64,000 nucleotides of DNA, from assembly GCA_965247115.1 (NCBI GenBank), contig CBDFGR010000003.1:1376001-1440000 (forward strand), read 5' to 3'. Shown piece after piece: positions 1-9,520 of this stretch (positions within the stretch are counted from its first letter, which is position 1; every line of letters starts with the position of its first letter). The notes below the pieces were generated by a model. That model made no database searches and was not told the origin of the DNA. It saw only the letters and a program-made list of their open reading frames with translations. A program made the position numbers and the translations under genes. Origin of the DNA: Myxococcota bacterium (GTDB taxonomy: Bacteria; Myxococcota_A; UBA9160; SZUA-336).

Positions 1-48
1 GTGGCGCGAGAAGGGCGAACTGGCGATCCGTTTCCTGCTAGCAATGTG

Positions 49-62
49 AGAGTAATTACTCT
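49..62. promoter_or_regulatory. Perfect 14-bp palindrome AGAGTAATTACTCT, putative operator of the downstream MerR regulator
   Basis: AT-rich perfect inverted repeat 12 nt upstream of the MerR ATG in otherwise GC-rich DNA. Confidence 0.5.
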
Positions 63-74
63 AGTAATAAACAC

Positions 75-842
75 ATGAAGTATCGGGTCGAGGAGCTGGC
101 GCTCGCGGCGGGCGTCAGCGTGGACACGATCCGCTTCTACCAGTCGAGACAGCTACTTCCGGCCCCCCGCCGAGATGGCCGAATCGCCTACTACAGCGCC
201 GAGCACCTGGAACGGATCCAGCAGATCCGCTCGTTGAACCGTCAGGGACTCACGCTCGACGGCGTTCGGCGAGTACTGACCGATCCGGAAACGGATGGGG
301 GCGGGGGCGAGGTTCGCGCCTCGCTGCTCGGTGCGCTGGCGGAGGCGGAAGGCGAGCGCACCTACGATCGGGCGGAGCTGGCCGCCGCGTCTGCCGTGCC
401 CGAGATGCTGATCGCGCAGGCCGAGCAGGCCGGGCTGCTCCAGCCACTGCTGGTAGACGGCCGCGAGCGTTACACCGAATCCGACCGGCGCGCGGCGGAA
501 GCTGCACGCGGGCTGCTCGAGGCGGGACTGCCGCTGGTGGAGCTCGTGGCGCTAGCCCAGAGCCACGCCGCCCACGTGGAGCAGGTGGTCGATCGAGCCG
601 TCGAGCTCTTCTACAGCTACGTGCGCCAGCTCGGACCCGACGGCGCGCGGCGCCCCACGGAAGAGGTCACGGAGGCCTTCCGCGAGCTGCTGCCGGCCGC
701 CACCACCCTGGTCGCCCTGCACTTTCAGCGCACGCTGATCCAGCGTTCGCGGCGTCGTCTCGCCGAATCCGGCGATAACCCCGAGCTCGAGGCTGCGATC
801 GCGGCGAGCGAGTCGTCGCGCCTCAAGATGACGTGGGGATGA
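75..842 (+). CDS. MerR-family transcriptional regulator
   Basis: N-terminal MerR HTH (YRVEELALAAGVSVDTIRFYQSRQLLP); second degenerate HTH-like segment (YDRAELAAASAVP); stop overlaps the next start (ATGA). Confidence 0.9.
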   Translation: MKYRVEELALAAGVSVDTIRFYQSRQLLPAPRRDGRIAYYSAEHLERIQQIRSLNRQGLTLDGVRRVLTDPETDGGGGEVRASLLGALAEAEGERTYDRAELAAASAVPEMLIAQAEQAGLLQPLLVDGRERYTESDRRAAEAARGLLEAGLPLVELVALAQSHAAHVEQVVDRAVELFYSYVRQLGPDGARRPTEEVTEAFRELLPAATTLVALHFQRTLIQRSRRRLAESGDNPELEAAIAASESSRLKMTWG

Positions 843-2257
843 GCGCGCCGACTGATGACCCTGGGCCGGGCGCCGCGCGAAGGGGCGGCGTGATGGACGA
901 CCCGCTCCGCCGCGCCCTGCGCCGCGCTCGCGAGCTGTCGCGGCCAGTGCTGGCTGCCGACTCGCTACCTGTCCGCGGAATTCCCGTGGCGCTCGAGCTC
1001 TTCGCCTCCGCGGAGGCGCGGGGGGAGCGGCGCTTCTTCTCGGGTCACCCCGACGAGGAGCACGAGCTGCTCGGTCTGGGCTGCGCCTGGGAGCTCGCTC
1101 CGGGCAGCGACGGGCACTTCTCCGACATCCGCGAGCGTGCGCGCGAGGCCTTCGCTCACTGCGTTTCGCGCGGGCCCGTCCGGCCGTGCGCGGTCGGGGG
1201 CTTCGCATTCGAGCCGCGCGCCGTGCGCGATCCGGGCTGGCGCGAGTTCGGCAATGCGCGCTTTGCGATCCCCGAAGTCGCCCTCGAGCGCTCGGGCGAG
1301 CAAGTCACCCTGACCCGCGCGGCCGTCGCTCGACCGGACGATGACGAAGATGCGTTACTCGTGCGCCAGCACGCCCGCTGGAAGACCCTGCTCACCGAGT
1401 CGGCCGAGCCGGCTCGCGCGCCGGCGCCCGCGACGCTGCAGCCGGGGGAGCCTCCCGCGTCCAGTCCACGCTATCGCGACGCGGCCGCGAAGATCGTGGC
1501 GGCGATTCGCCGAGGCGAGCTGCAGAAGGTGGTGCTCGCCCAGTGCGAGCGACGTCGGAGAGCACCGAGCGATGCCACGCGCGTACTGCGAGCCCTGCTC
1601 GAGCGGAATCCGAGCTGCCGCACCTTCGCGCAAGGCATTCACGGCCGCACGTTCCTCGGGGCCAGCCCCGAACGCATCGTGCGCTGCGACGGCGGCGAGC
1701 TCGTCACCGACGCCCTGGCTGGGACCGTGGCCAACAGCGACGACGCCGAGGTGCGCTCGAATCTCGGGAGCTCGCTGCGCAGCTCGCAGAAGAATCAGGA
1801 GGAGCACGAGTTCGTCGTGCGCGCGATCGAGCGCTCCCTGGCTCCGATCTGCAGCGACCTCCAGGTTCCGATGGCGCCCGAGCTCGTCAGCGCGGGCGTC
1901 ATTCAACACCTGCGCACACGCGTGTGCGGCAGGCTGAACGAGGGGACGCACGTGCTCGACGTACTCGCGCGGCTCCATCCGACTCCTGCCGTCGCCGGCA
2001 CGCCGACGAATCGCGCGCTCGCGACGATTCGCGCATACGAAGACTTCGACCGCGGCTGGTACGCGGGCGCGGTCGGCAGCTTCGACGCGCGGGGAGATGG
2101 CGAGTTCTTCGTCGCGCTGCGCTGCGGGCTGCTCGACCGCGAGGAGACGTGGCTGTTTGCAGGCTCAGGGCTCGTCGCGGACTCCGACCCCCTCGCCGAA
2201 GCCAACGAGACCGCACTCAAGTACCGACCGCTCTGGGAAGCATTGCGAGCGAGATGA
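839..2257 (+). CDS. menF: Isochorismate synthase
   Basis: Chorismate-binding motifs KVVLA, FLGASPER, ALAGT, KNQEEH, LHPTPAVAG, RGWYAG, AGSGLV; directly upstream of menD. Start could instead be near 892. Confidence 0.88.
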   Translation: MSAPTDDPGPGAARRGGVMDDPLRRALRRARELSRPVLAADSLPVRGIPVALELFASAEARGERRFFSGHPDEEHELLGLGCAWELAPGSDGHFSDIRERAREAFAHCVSRGPVRPCAVGGFAFEPRAVRDPGWREFGNARFAIPEVALERSGEQVTLTRAAVARPDDDEDALLVRQHARWKTLLTESAEPARAPAPATLQPGEPPASSPRYRDAAAKIVAAIRRGELQKVVLAQCERRRRAPSDATRVLRALLERNPSCRTFAQGIHGRTFLGASPERIVRCDGGELVTDALAGTVANSDDAEVRSNLGSSLRSSQKNQEEHEFVVRAIERSLAPICSDLQVPMAPELVSAGVIQHLRTRVCGRLNEGTHVLDVLARLHPTPAVAGTPTNRALATIRAYEDFDRGWYAGAVGSFDARGDGEFFVALRCGLLDREETWLFAGSGLVADSDPLAEANETALKYRPLWEALRAR

Positions 2258-4044
2258 CGGCGCCGAATCTTTCGATGGCCTGGGCCGGGGCACTCATGCA
2301 TGAGCTCGCCGCCGCGGGCGTGCACCACGTCGTGGTCTCTCCAGGCTCCCGGTCGGCGCCACTGGCGCTGGCCGCCGCGTCCTGCGCCATCCTCCGGGAT
2401 CACTCCGTGCTCGACGAGCGCTCCGCCGCCTTTTTCGCGCTCGGGCTCGCGAAGACGCTTCGCGAGCCCGTCGCGCTCGTCTGTACCTCTGGCACGGCGG
2501 CGGCCAATTACCTCCCCGCAGCCGTGGAGGCGCACTACGCGCGAGCATCCCTGCTCTTGCTGACTGCGGATCGGCCGCCGGAGCGGAGGGACTGCGGCGC
2601 CCCACAGACGATCGAACAGCCGGGACTGTACGGCCGCTACGTTCGCTACGCGGTAGACGTTCCATCGCCAGAGCTCTCGGACGTTGCGTTCCGCACTCTG
2701 CGCGCGCTCGTCTGCCGGGCACTGGCTGCGTCGCAGGGCCTGCAACCTGGCCCGGTCCACCTGAATCTTCCGTTCCGCGAGCCGCTCGACCCCACGACGG
2801 TGCCGGACGAGATGCACGCGCTCGAGAAGCTACCGGCGCTAGCGCGCGAAGGCCGCAGCTCGGATCCGTTCATTCATGTGTCTCGCAGCCCGGAGATCGT
2901 GCCGGCCGCGGCGCAGGTCGACGCGCTGGCAGAGTGGCTCGGCGGCGAGGAGCGGGGCTGGATCGTCGTGGGCCCGCTCGACGCGGACGACGCGCTGGCC
3001 GCCGCGCTAGTACGGCTCACAGATGCGGTCGGCTGGCCCGTGTTCGTCGACGCGCTGTCCGGGCTGCGCGCGGGTACGCACGCGCCGGCGCTGGCGGTCG
3101 ACGCATACGACGCCGTGCTGCGGGCGAAGCCGCTTCTCGACCCCAGACCGCCTCGCCGGGTGCTCCGCTTGGGCGCACTCCCTACCTCGAAGCCTCTATG
3201 GGAGCAGCTCGAGGCGCATCCGGAGATCGACCTGCGCGTCGTCGATCCGGTGAGCTGGTCCGAGCCCAGTGCGTTCGCACGCGAGCTGCTGCGCGTGGAT
3301 CCGAGGCTGCTCGCCGAAGCACTGCTACCGCGCCTGCGGCCGCGCGCCCCGAGCGCCTTTGGCAAACGCTGGATCGAGGCCGGACGCCGAGCGCGGCGCG
3401 CCATCGACGCGCGGCTCGACGCCGAGCACCGACTGACCGAGCCGGCTGCCTCCGCCGACCTCGCCCGGGCCCTGCCGCCGGGCGGTACGCTTTTCGTGGC
3501 CAGCAGCATGCCGGTGCGAGACGTGGATCTGTTCTGGCCGCAGTCCGGGCCGCCGGTCCGGATCCTGGCGAACCGGGGGGCGAACGGCATCGACGGAACG
3601 CTCTCCTCTGCCCTCGGTGTCTCACAGGCGACGGCGGGCCCGTTCGCGGCGCTCGTCGGCGACCTGGCGCTGCTCCACGACCTGGGTGGGCTGGTGACCG
3701 CGCGCGCGACCGGTGCCCGCGGCGCGATCGTCGTCGTCGACAACCAGGGTGGCGGAATCTTCGAGCTGCTGCCGGCCGCGTCCAGCGTCCCGCGCGAGCT
3801 CTTCGAGCGACATCTCGGGACCCCGCAGTCGGTCGATCTGCGTGGGGCGGTCGAGGGCCTCGGCTTCGAGTGGCGCGACCCCGACTCGCGCGACGAGTTC
3901 GTCGAGGTGTGTCGCGCGGCCGTGCGCGGCTCCGAGCTGTGCTTTGTGCGCCTGCGCACCGACCGGCGCGAGAACGCCCGGCTGCACCACGAGCTCCATG
4001 CGGCCGCGGCGGCCGCGCTGGCGGACGGGTCCGACGATGCTTGA
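2254..4044 (+). CDS. menD: SEPHCHC synthase
   Basis: SPGSRSAPL, DERSAAFFALG, CTSGTAAANY, GPVHLNLPFREPL, NRGANGIDG, GDLALLHD; ATG at 2254 overlaps the menF stop. Confidence 0.95.
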   Translation: MTAPNLSMAWAGALMHELAAAGVHHVVVSPGSRSAPLALAAASCAILRDHSVLDERSAAFFALGLAKTLREPVALVCTSGTAAANYLPAAVEAHYARASLLLLTADRPPERRDCGAPQTIEQPGLYGRYVRYAVDVPSPELSDVAFRTLRALVCRALAASQGLQPGPVHLNLPFREPLDPTTVPDEMHALEKLPALAREGRSSDPFIHVSRSPEIVPAAAQVDALAEWLGGEERGWIVVGPLDADDALAAALVRLTDAVGWPVFVDALSGLRAGTHAPALAVDAYDAVLRAKPLLDPRPPRRVLRLGALPTSKPLWEQLEAHPEIDLRVVDPVSWSEPSAFARELLRVDPRLLAEALLPRLRPRAPSAFGKRWIEAGRRARRAIDARLDAEHRLTEPAASADLARALPPGGTLFVASSMPVRDVDLFWPQSGPPVRILANRGANGIDGTLSSALGVSQATAGPFAALVGDLALLHDLGGLVTARATGARGAIVVVDNQGGGIFELLPAASSVPRELFERHLGTPQSVDLRGAVEGLGFEWRDPDSRDEFVEVCRAAVRGSELCFVRLRTDRRENARLHHELHAAAAAALADGSDDA

Positions 4045-4873
4045 CGTGCAGACTCCCGATGGCGGGGGCCTGTACGTGCGCGAGAGGGGAAAGGGCATGC
4101 CCCTCCTGCTCGTGCATGGCTTCACCGGCTCGAGCGAGGCGTGGGGCGAGAAGCTACTGGACGAGCTCGCCAGCGAGTTCCGGTTGCTGGCTGTCGACCT
4201 GATCGGCCACGGTTGCAGCAACCGCCCGCATGAGCCGAAGCGCTACGGGCTCGCGAGCCAGGTGCGAGACCTCTGCGCGGTGCTCGACAGCAGGAACGTC
4301 AAGCGCGCGGTCTGCCTGGGCTACTCGATGGGCGGACGCATCGCGCTGGGCGCGGCGCTGCTCTGTCCCCAGCGCATCCGCGGACTGGTGCTGGAGAGCG
4401 CTTCCCCCGGGCTCGACTCCGGCGACGAGCGCCGTGCGCGTATCGAGCAAGACGAGAAGCTGGCCCGTCGCCTCGAAGACGACGGGCTCGAGGCCTTCGT
4501 GGCCCACTGGATGGGTCTTCCACTCTTCGCCACGCAGGCGAAGCTCGGACCAGCGGCGCACGAGCGCGAGCGCGAGCGCCGCCTGCGGAACGACCCGGCC
4601 GCGCTGGCGGCGTCGCTCCGCGGCATGGGCACCGGCGTGCAGCCCTCCTTCTGGACGCGACTCCACGAGGTACGCGTGCCGACACTCGTACTGGCCGGCA
4701 GCGAGGACGAGAAGTTCTGCGCGCTGGCGCGCCGCATGGCCGCGAGACTTCCGCAGGCGCAGCTCGAGCTGATCCGCGGGGCGGGACATACGCCGCACCT
4801 CGAGCAGCCCGAGACCTATCTCCGTCACGTGCGCGACTTCTGCCGCCGCCTCGCCGCGGAAGCCCCCCGGTGA
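4037..4873 (+). CDS. menH: SHCHC synthase (alpha/beta hydrolase)
   Basis: HGFTG, DLIGHG, GYSMGGR, LESASPGL, LRGMGTGVQPSFW, AGH; position after menD. Confidence 0.92.
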   Translation: MLDVQTPDGGGLYVRERGKGMPLLLVHGFTGSSEAWGEKLLDELASEFRLLAVDLIGHGCSNRPHEPKRYGLASQVRDLCAVLDSRNVKRAVCLGYSMGGRIALGAALLCPQRIRGLVLESASPGLDSGDERRARIEQDEKLARRLEDDGLEAFVAHWMGLPLFATQAKLGPAAHERERERRLRNDPAALAASLRGMGTGVQPSFWTRLHEVRVPTLVLAGSEDEKFCALARRMAARLPQAQLELIRGAGHTPHLEQPETYLRHVRDFCRRLAAEAPR

Positions 4874-4971
4874 AGATCGAACGGAAGACGGATCGGCGCT
4901 TCGAGGACATCCGCTACGAGAACTCCGACGACAGCATCGCGCTGCTGCTGGCGGGGGTTCCGTCACTTTGA
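4870..4971 (+). pseudogene. 33-codon remnant: MenB-like N-terminus joined to a short hydrophobic tail
   Basis: Reads MKIERKTDRRFEDIRYENSDDSIALLLAGVPSL*; FEDIRYE..DxIA matches the MenB N-terminus; coupled to the menH stop (GTGA) and the menC start (TTGA). Confidence 0.65.
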
Positions 4972-5987
4972 GGATCGTGCGGATCGACGTCTCGCCGCTC
5001 GAGTACCGACTACGTCGTGGCCTGACGACCGGTGGCGGCTCGCTCGCGACGCGCAGTGGCTTTTCGGTCGCGCTGCGCGATGACGCGGGCGCTGTCGGTG
5101 TGGGGGAGGCGCTCCCACTACCCGCCGCGGGCACCGAGTCGCTCGGCGAGAGCCAGCACGCCCTGCAGCGCGCCGCCGCTGATTGCACCCGGCGCTGGCG
5201 CGGCCGAGACGAGCTGCTCGACTGGCTCGACACGGAGCTGGCACAGGCGCCGGCCGCGCGCTGCGCACTCGATGTCGCGGCGCAAGCGCTCTCCCCTCCC
5301 GATGAGAAGCTGCGCACCGGCCCCGTCGAGGTCAACGCGCTCCTGGGCAGCGATGGGATCGACGCCACCGTGACGGCGGCCCGCGCCGCACGCGGGCGCG
5401 GCTATCGCACGCTCAAGCTGAAGATCGGAGCCGGGCCGGCCGGTGACGACGAGGCCCGACTGGCGGCTGTGCGGGTAGCTCTCGGAGCCGACGTGCGGCT
5501 GCGGGTCGATGCAAACGGCGCCTGGTCGCCCAGCGAGGCCCGGCGGCGGATCGAGCGACTGGTTCCGTTCGCGCTCGAGTTCGTCGAGCAGCCGCTGCCG
5601 GCACTGCAGCTCGACGAGCTCGCAAAGCTCCGCGAGTGGAGTCCGCTGCCGCTCGCCGCCGACGAGTCGCTCGCGAGCGAGGCGGGCCGGGCCGCGCTGC
5701 TCGGCGGCGACCTCGCGGACATCGCGATCCTCAAGCCCATGGTGCTGGGCGGGCCACGCGCCGCGGCCAGGCTCGCCCGGGACGCGCATGCGGCGGGCCT
5801 CCGCTGTGTCGTCACCACGACCTTCGATGGACCGTGTGCTACCGCCGCCACCCTTCGACTCGCCGCGGCGGTGGGCGATCCGGAGCTGGCGCACGGGCTC
5901 GCCGCCTGCGAGGTGCTCGACTGTGAGTTCCCAGAGGGGCTGGTGCCGCGGAACGGTGAGCTCGACCCGAGGAAGATCCCCAGATGA
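4968..5987 (+). CDS. menC: o-succinylbenzoate synthase (enolase superfamily)
   Basis: GVGEALPLP, TLKLKIG (KxK), RVDANGAW, EFVEQP, ADES, ILKPMVLGG. Confidence 0.9.
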   Translation: MRIVRIDVSPLEYRLRRGLTTGGGSLATRSGFSVALRDDAGAVGVGEALPLPAAGTESLGESQHALQRAAADCTRRWRGRDELLDWLDTELAQAPAARCALDVAAQALSPPDEKLRTGPVEVNALLGSDGIDATVTAARAARGRGYRTLKLKIGAGPAGDDEARLAAVRVALGADVRLRVDANGAWSPSEARRRIERLVPFALEFVEQPLPALQLDELAKLREWSPLPLAADESLASEAGRAALLGGDLADIAILKPMVLGGPRAAARLARDAHAAGLRCVVTTTFDGPCATAATLRLAAAVGDPELAHGLAACEVLDCEFPEGLVPRNGELDPRKIPR

Positions 5988-6065
5988 CGAGAGCTCGAGG
6001 GCTCAAGGAGCTGCGACCGCGGCTGACAGACTGGATACAATGCTGGCAACGGAGGAACAGAGACG

Positions 6066-7694
6066 ATGGCGCAAGCTCCACGCGAGAACACGGTGAGAGC
6101 CGGGACAGAGCCCGTAGAGGAACTGGACGCACTGGTGATCGGCGCCGGGGTGACCGGGCTCTATCAGCTCTACTGCCTCCTGCAGCTCGGGCTGAAGGCG
6201 CGGATCTACGAGGCGGGGGACGGGGTAGGCGGCACCTGGTACTGGAATCGCTACCCCGGCGCCCGCTTCGATTCCGAGAGCTGGTCGTACGCGTATTCGT
6301 TCTCGGAGGATCTTCTCCAGGAGTGGGACTGGAAGGAGGCGTTCTCGGGGCAACCCGAGAACGAGCGCTATCTCAACCTCGTCGCGGACAGGTATTCCCT
6401 ACGCCCACATATCCAGCTGGGCACGAGGGTCAAAACGGCAACCTTTGACGAGGCGGCCAACCGCTGGGACGTCGAAACCGAGGACGGCCGCCGGGCCCGG
6501 ACCCAGCATTTGATCGCGGCGGTCGGCATCCTCTCCGCCACGCACATGCCCGACATTCCGGGGATCGAGAGCTTCGAGGGGGAGTCCTTTCACACCTCCC
6601 ACTGGCCCAAGAAACCCGTCGATCTCTCGGGCAAACGGGTGGGGGTGATCGGTACGGGCGCCACGGCGGTCCAGCTCATCCCCGAGGTCGCCGTGGAATG
6701 CGGGCATCTGACCGTCTTCCAGCGCACCCCCAACTACTGCGCGCCGCTGCGAAACTCGCTCATCGACGACGAGAGACAGCGGGAGATCAAGGCGAGCTAT
6801 CCCGAGATCTTCAAGAGGTGTCGCGAAACCTTCGCGGGCTTCATCCACGATGCCGACCCCCGCGCGACCTTGGACGTGACGCCGGAAGAACGAGAGGCGT
6901 TCTACGAAGAGATCTGGGCCCAGCCCGGCTTCGCTAAGTGGTTCGGCAATTTCAAGGACCTGATGACTAACCCCGAGGCGAACGAGCTCTACTGCGAGTT
7001 CGTGCGCAACAAGATTCGGGAGCGCGTGAACGACCCGGAGGTCGCCGAGAAGCTCTGTCCGAAAGACCACCACTTTGGGGCCAAGCGCATCCCCCTCGAG
7101 ACGAACTACTACGAGGCCTACAACCGCGACAACGTACGGCTCGTCGACGTGCGCGAGGCCCCGATCGAGCGCATCTCCCCGACGGGCGTGAAGACGAGGG
7201 ATGCGGAGTACGAGCTCGACGTCATCATCTACGCCACGGGATTTGACGCGGTCACGGGCGGGATCACGCGAATGGACATCCGGGGCGTCGGGGGGCAGAC
7301 GATCCGGGAACGCTGGGTAGAGGGGCCGCAAACCTACATGGGGATCCAGACCGCGGGGTTCCCCAACTTCTTCATCGAGAACGGCGCCGTCTTCTGCAAC
7401 TACACCCGCTGCGCTGAAATTGCCGCTGAGTTCGTGAGCGGGTGCATTGGCCACCTGCGGGACAACGGCTTCGAGCGCATCGAAGCCACCCCGAAGGCGG
7501 AGAAGGACTGGTACGAACACGCCAGTTCACTGCTCGAGAACTTTCTCGAGTCAGAGGTCCACAGCTGGTTCTGGGGCAACAACATCCCCGGCAAGCACCA
7601 AAGCTTCCTCCTCTATGCGGGCGGCAACCCGGCTTTCCGGATGAAGTGTGAGGAAGTGGCGGCCAAGAACTACGAGGGCTTCGAGCTCACGTAG
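6066..7694 (+). CDS. Baeyer-Villiger monooxygenase (cyclohexanone monooxygenase family)
   Basis: GAGVTG, GGTWYWNRYPGARFD, fingerprint FEGESFHTSHW, GTGATAVQ, ATGFD. Confidence 0.93.
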   Translation: MAQAPRENTVRAGTEPVEELDALVIGAGVTGLYQLYCLLQLGLKARIYEAGDGVGGTWYWNRYPGARFDSESWSYAYSFSEDLLQEWDWKEAFSGQPENERYLNLVADRYSLRPHIQLGTRVKTATFDEAANRWDVETEDGRRARTQHLIAAVGILSATHMPDIPGIESFEGESFHTSHWPKKPVDLSGKRVGVIGTGATAVQLIPEVAVECGHLTVFQRTPNYCAPLRNSLIDDERQREIKASYPEIFKRCRETFAGFIHDADPRATLDVTPEEREAFYEEIWAQPGFAKWFGNFKDLMTNPEANELYCEFVRNKIRERVNDPEVAEKLCPKDHHFGAKRIPLETNYYEAYNRDNVRLVDVREAPIERISPTGVKTRDAEYELDVIIYATGFDAVTGGITRMDIRGVGGQTIRERWVEGPQTYMGIQTAGFPNFFIENGAVFCNYTRCAEIAAEFVSGCIGHLRDNGFERIEATPKAEKDWYEHASSLLENFLESEVHSWFWGNNIPGKHQSFLLYAGGNPAFRMKCEEVAAKNYEGFELT

Positions 7695-7741
7695 GGGCGC
7701 GGTGCGGGACGGTCAGTCGCGAGCTCAGGCCGCGCTGCGCA

Positions 7742-8926
7742 CTAGACCTGAACCAAAGGGTCGCGGCGAACGATGATGAGAGCCGCACCGACCACTAGCA
7801 GCAACGGGATCGGAAGCAGAACGAGTGTGTGCCAGCCGTAGTAGTACATCACAGGTCCTGCGAGCAACGACGCGGCGGCCGACGTACCAAATACGCCAAA
7901 TTCATTGACAGCCTGCGCCTTGAATCTCTCGGCTATCGAATAGGTGAGCGTGAGCATCGCCGTACCGCCGATGTAGAGAAAATTCCAGCCGACGCCGAGT
8001 AGCGCCAGTGCCAACCAGTAGTGCGTGATCGACTGTCCCTGAGCTCCAATCAGAGCCGCAGCCAGTAGCCCGATGGCCCCCGCCGACATCATCTTGACCA
8101 TACCGATCCGCTCTATGAGCAGTCCCGACACCAGCGACGGAACGTACATGCCAAGGACATGGGCCCGCATGACATTGGCTGTTGCCTCGAGAGAATAGCC
8201 GTCATTGATGTGCATGCTGAGCGGCATGCCCGTCATGATCAGCATCATCATTCCATGAGCGACGGTCCCGCCGAGTACCGCAACGATGAAGACGGGTTGC
8301 CTAACAACCTGACCCAGTGGTCTTTGGGATTGCGTTCTCCCGCCGTCTTCCTCACCACGCAGAGGACCGAGCAAAAGAAGGAGCAGCGACTGGATCACGT
8401 ACAAAACGGCCACTGCGACCAGCGAGCCTGTATAGGGGACACTGCCAGTCAAGAACTGGTTTTGTTTCAGAAGCTCGGCGCCGACAAAGGCCCCACCGAT
8501 CGAGCCGATCAGTACGATGGAAATCGCGCGTCCGGCATGGCTCTGTGCGACGCTCTCAGCTGCTGCGAAGCGGTACTGCTGCGCGAACGCCATGTTGATG
8601 CCGAAGATCGCGGCCGCAACGATCAACAGGAGGAAGCTCGACACCGAAATTGCGTAGGCGGTCAACGAGGCCGATACGGCCGCCGACAAGGAGGCGAGCG
8701 CATAACCGAGCTTGCGTCCGATCGCGCGCATCAGGAATGTCGCCGGTATGGTTGTGGCCGCGAGGCTGAGGACCATCACCGGTACAGGTAGTGTGGCCAG
8801 CGCCTGATTGTCGGTCAGTTCGGATCCGATGATCCCACCGAGCGTCACGAGCACGAGTGCGCCGGCCGCCGAGATCAGCTGACATGCCACCAGAATGGAC
8901 AGATTGCGTATGGCTACAGGTGGCAC
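7742..8926 (-). CDS. MFS transporter
   Basis: About 12 hydrophobic segments; QQYRFAAAES and HVLGMYVPS motifs; GTG start after a GAGGA RBS. Confidence 0.88.
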   Translation of the reverse strand: MPPVAIRNLSILVACQLISAAGALVLVTLGGIIGSELTDNQALATLPVPVMVLSLAATTIPATFLMRAIGRKLGYALASLSAAVSASLTAYAISVSSFLLLIVAAAIFGINMAFAQQYRFAAAESVAQSHAGRAISIVLIGSIGGAFVGAELLKQNQFLTGSVPYTGSLVAVAVLYVIQSLLLLLLGPLRGEEDGGRTQSQRPLGQVVRQPVFIVAVLGGTVAHGMMMLIMTGMPLSMHINDGYSLEATANVMRAHVLGMYVPSLVSGLLIERIGMVKMMSAGAIGLLAAALIGAQGQSITHYWLALALLGVGWNFLYIGGTAMLTLTYSIAERFKAQAVNEFGVFGTSAAASLLAGPVMYYYGWHTLVLLPIPLLLVVGAALIIVRRDPLVQV

Positions 8927-9061
8927 ATCCTCACACGTATCCCTCGCAGGTGACTGAATCGCTCCTCCTGAGGATTTGGTGCAGGCTACTCGCGATCAGG
9001 AGCCCCGACAAGCTGCTGCCACCAACCTGCAGCGGTCCTGCCAGAGCCGAGGTGGGATAGA

Positions 9062-9508
9062 ATGGCCGGCATGACACGCAAGCGCGCGGTGCTCGACCAG
9101 CTCAACATCGTGGTCCGCGACATGGCCGCGGCGGTGGACTTCTATCGCCTGCTCGGGATCGAGATCCCGGAGACGCTGCAAGAGTGGCAGGCCCACCACC
9201 GGACAGCCGAGATGACAGGCGGGGTCGACCTCGAACTCGACAGCACGGCGTTCACCCCGCAGTGGGACGCAGGCTGGCCGTCCTCGCAGCCGGGTGTCGT
9301 GGTGGGCTTTCGAGTGGCCACACGCGAGGACGTCGACGAGCTGTACGAGGAGCTCACGAGCGCTGGCCACGTCGGACAGCAGGTCCCCTACGATACGTTC
9401 TGGGGCGCGCGCTACGCGATCGTCGAGGACCCGAGCGGGAATGCGGTCGGGCTGATGAGCCCCGTCGATCCCGCCCGACGCTCTCGACCTGCCCCACCGC
9501 CTTCCTAG
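9062..9508 (+). CDS. VOC/glyoxalase family protein
   Basis: LNIVVRDMAAAVDFYRLLG; PYDTFWGARYAIVEDPSGNAVGL. Confidence 0.9.
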   Translation: MAGMTRKRAVLDQLNIVVRDMAAAVDFYRLLGIEIPETLQEWQAHHRTAEMTGGVDLELDSTAFTPQWDAGWPSSQPGVVVGFRVATREDVDELYEELTSAGHVGQQVPYDTFWGARYAIVEDPSGNAVGLMSPVDPARRSRPAPPPS

Positions 9509-9520
9509 CCCGACTGTCGC

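Noticed and set aside
839..891. menF N-terminal 17 codons as a stub of a deleted menG/ubiE gene
   Set aside because: No recognisable methyltransferase residues; cannot be supported from the sequence alone
1543..2253. N-terminal extension making an 833-aa MenD
   Set aside because: Overlaps menF out of frame; the real start is the coupled ATG at 2254
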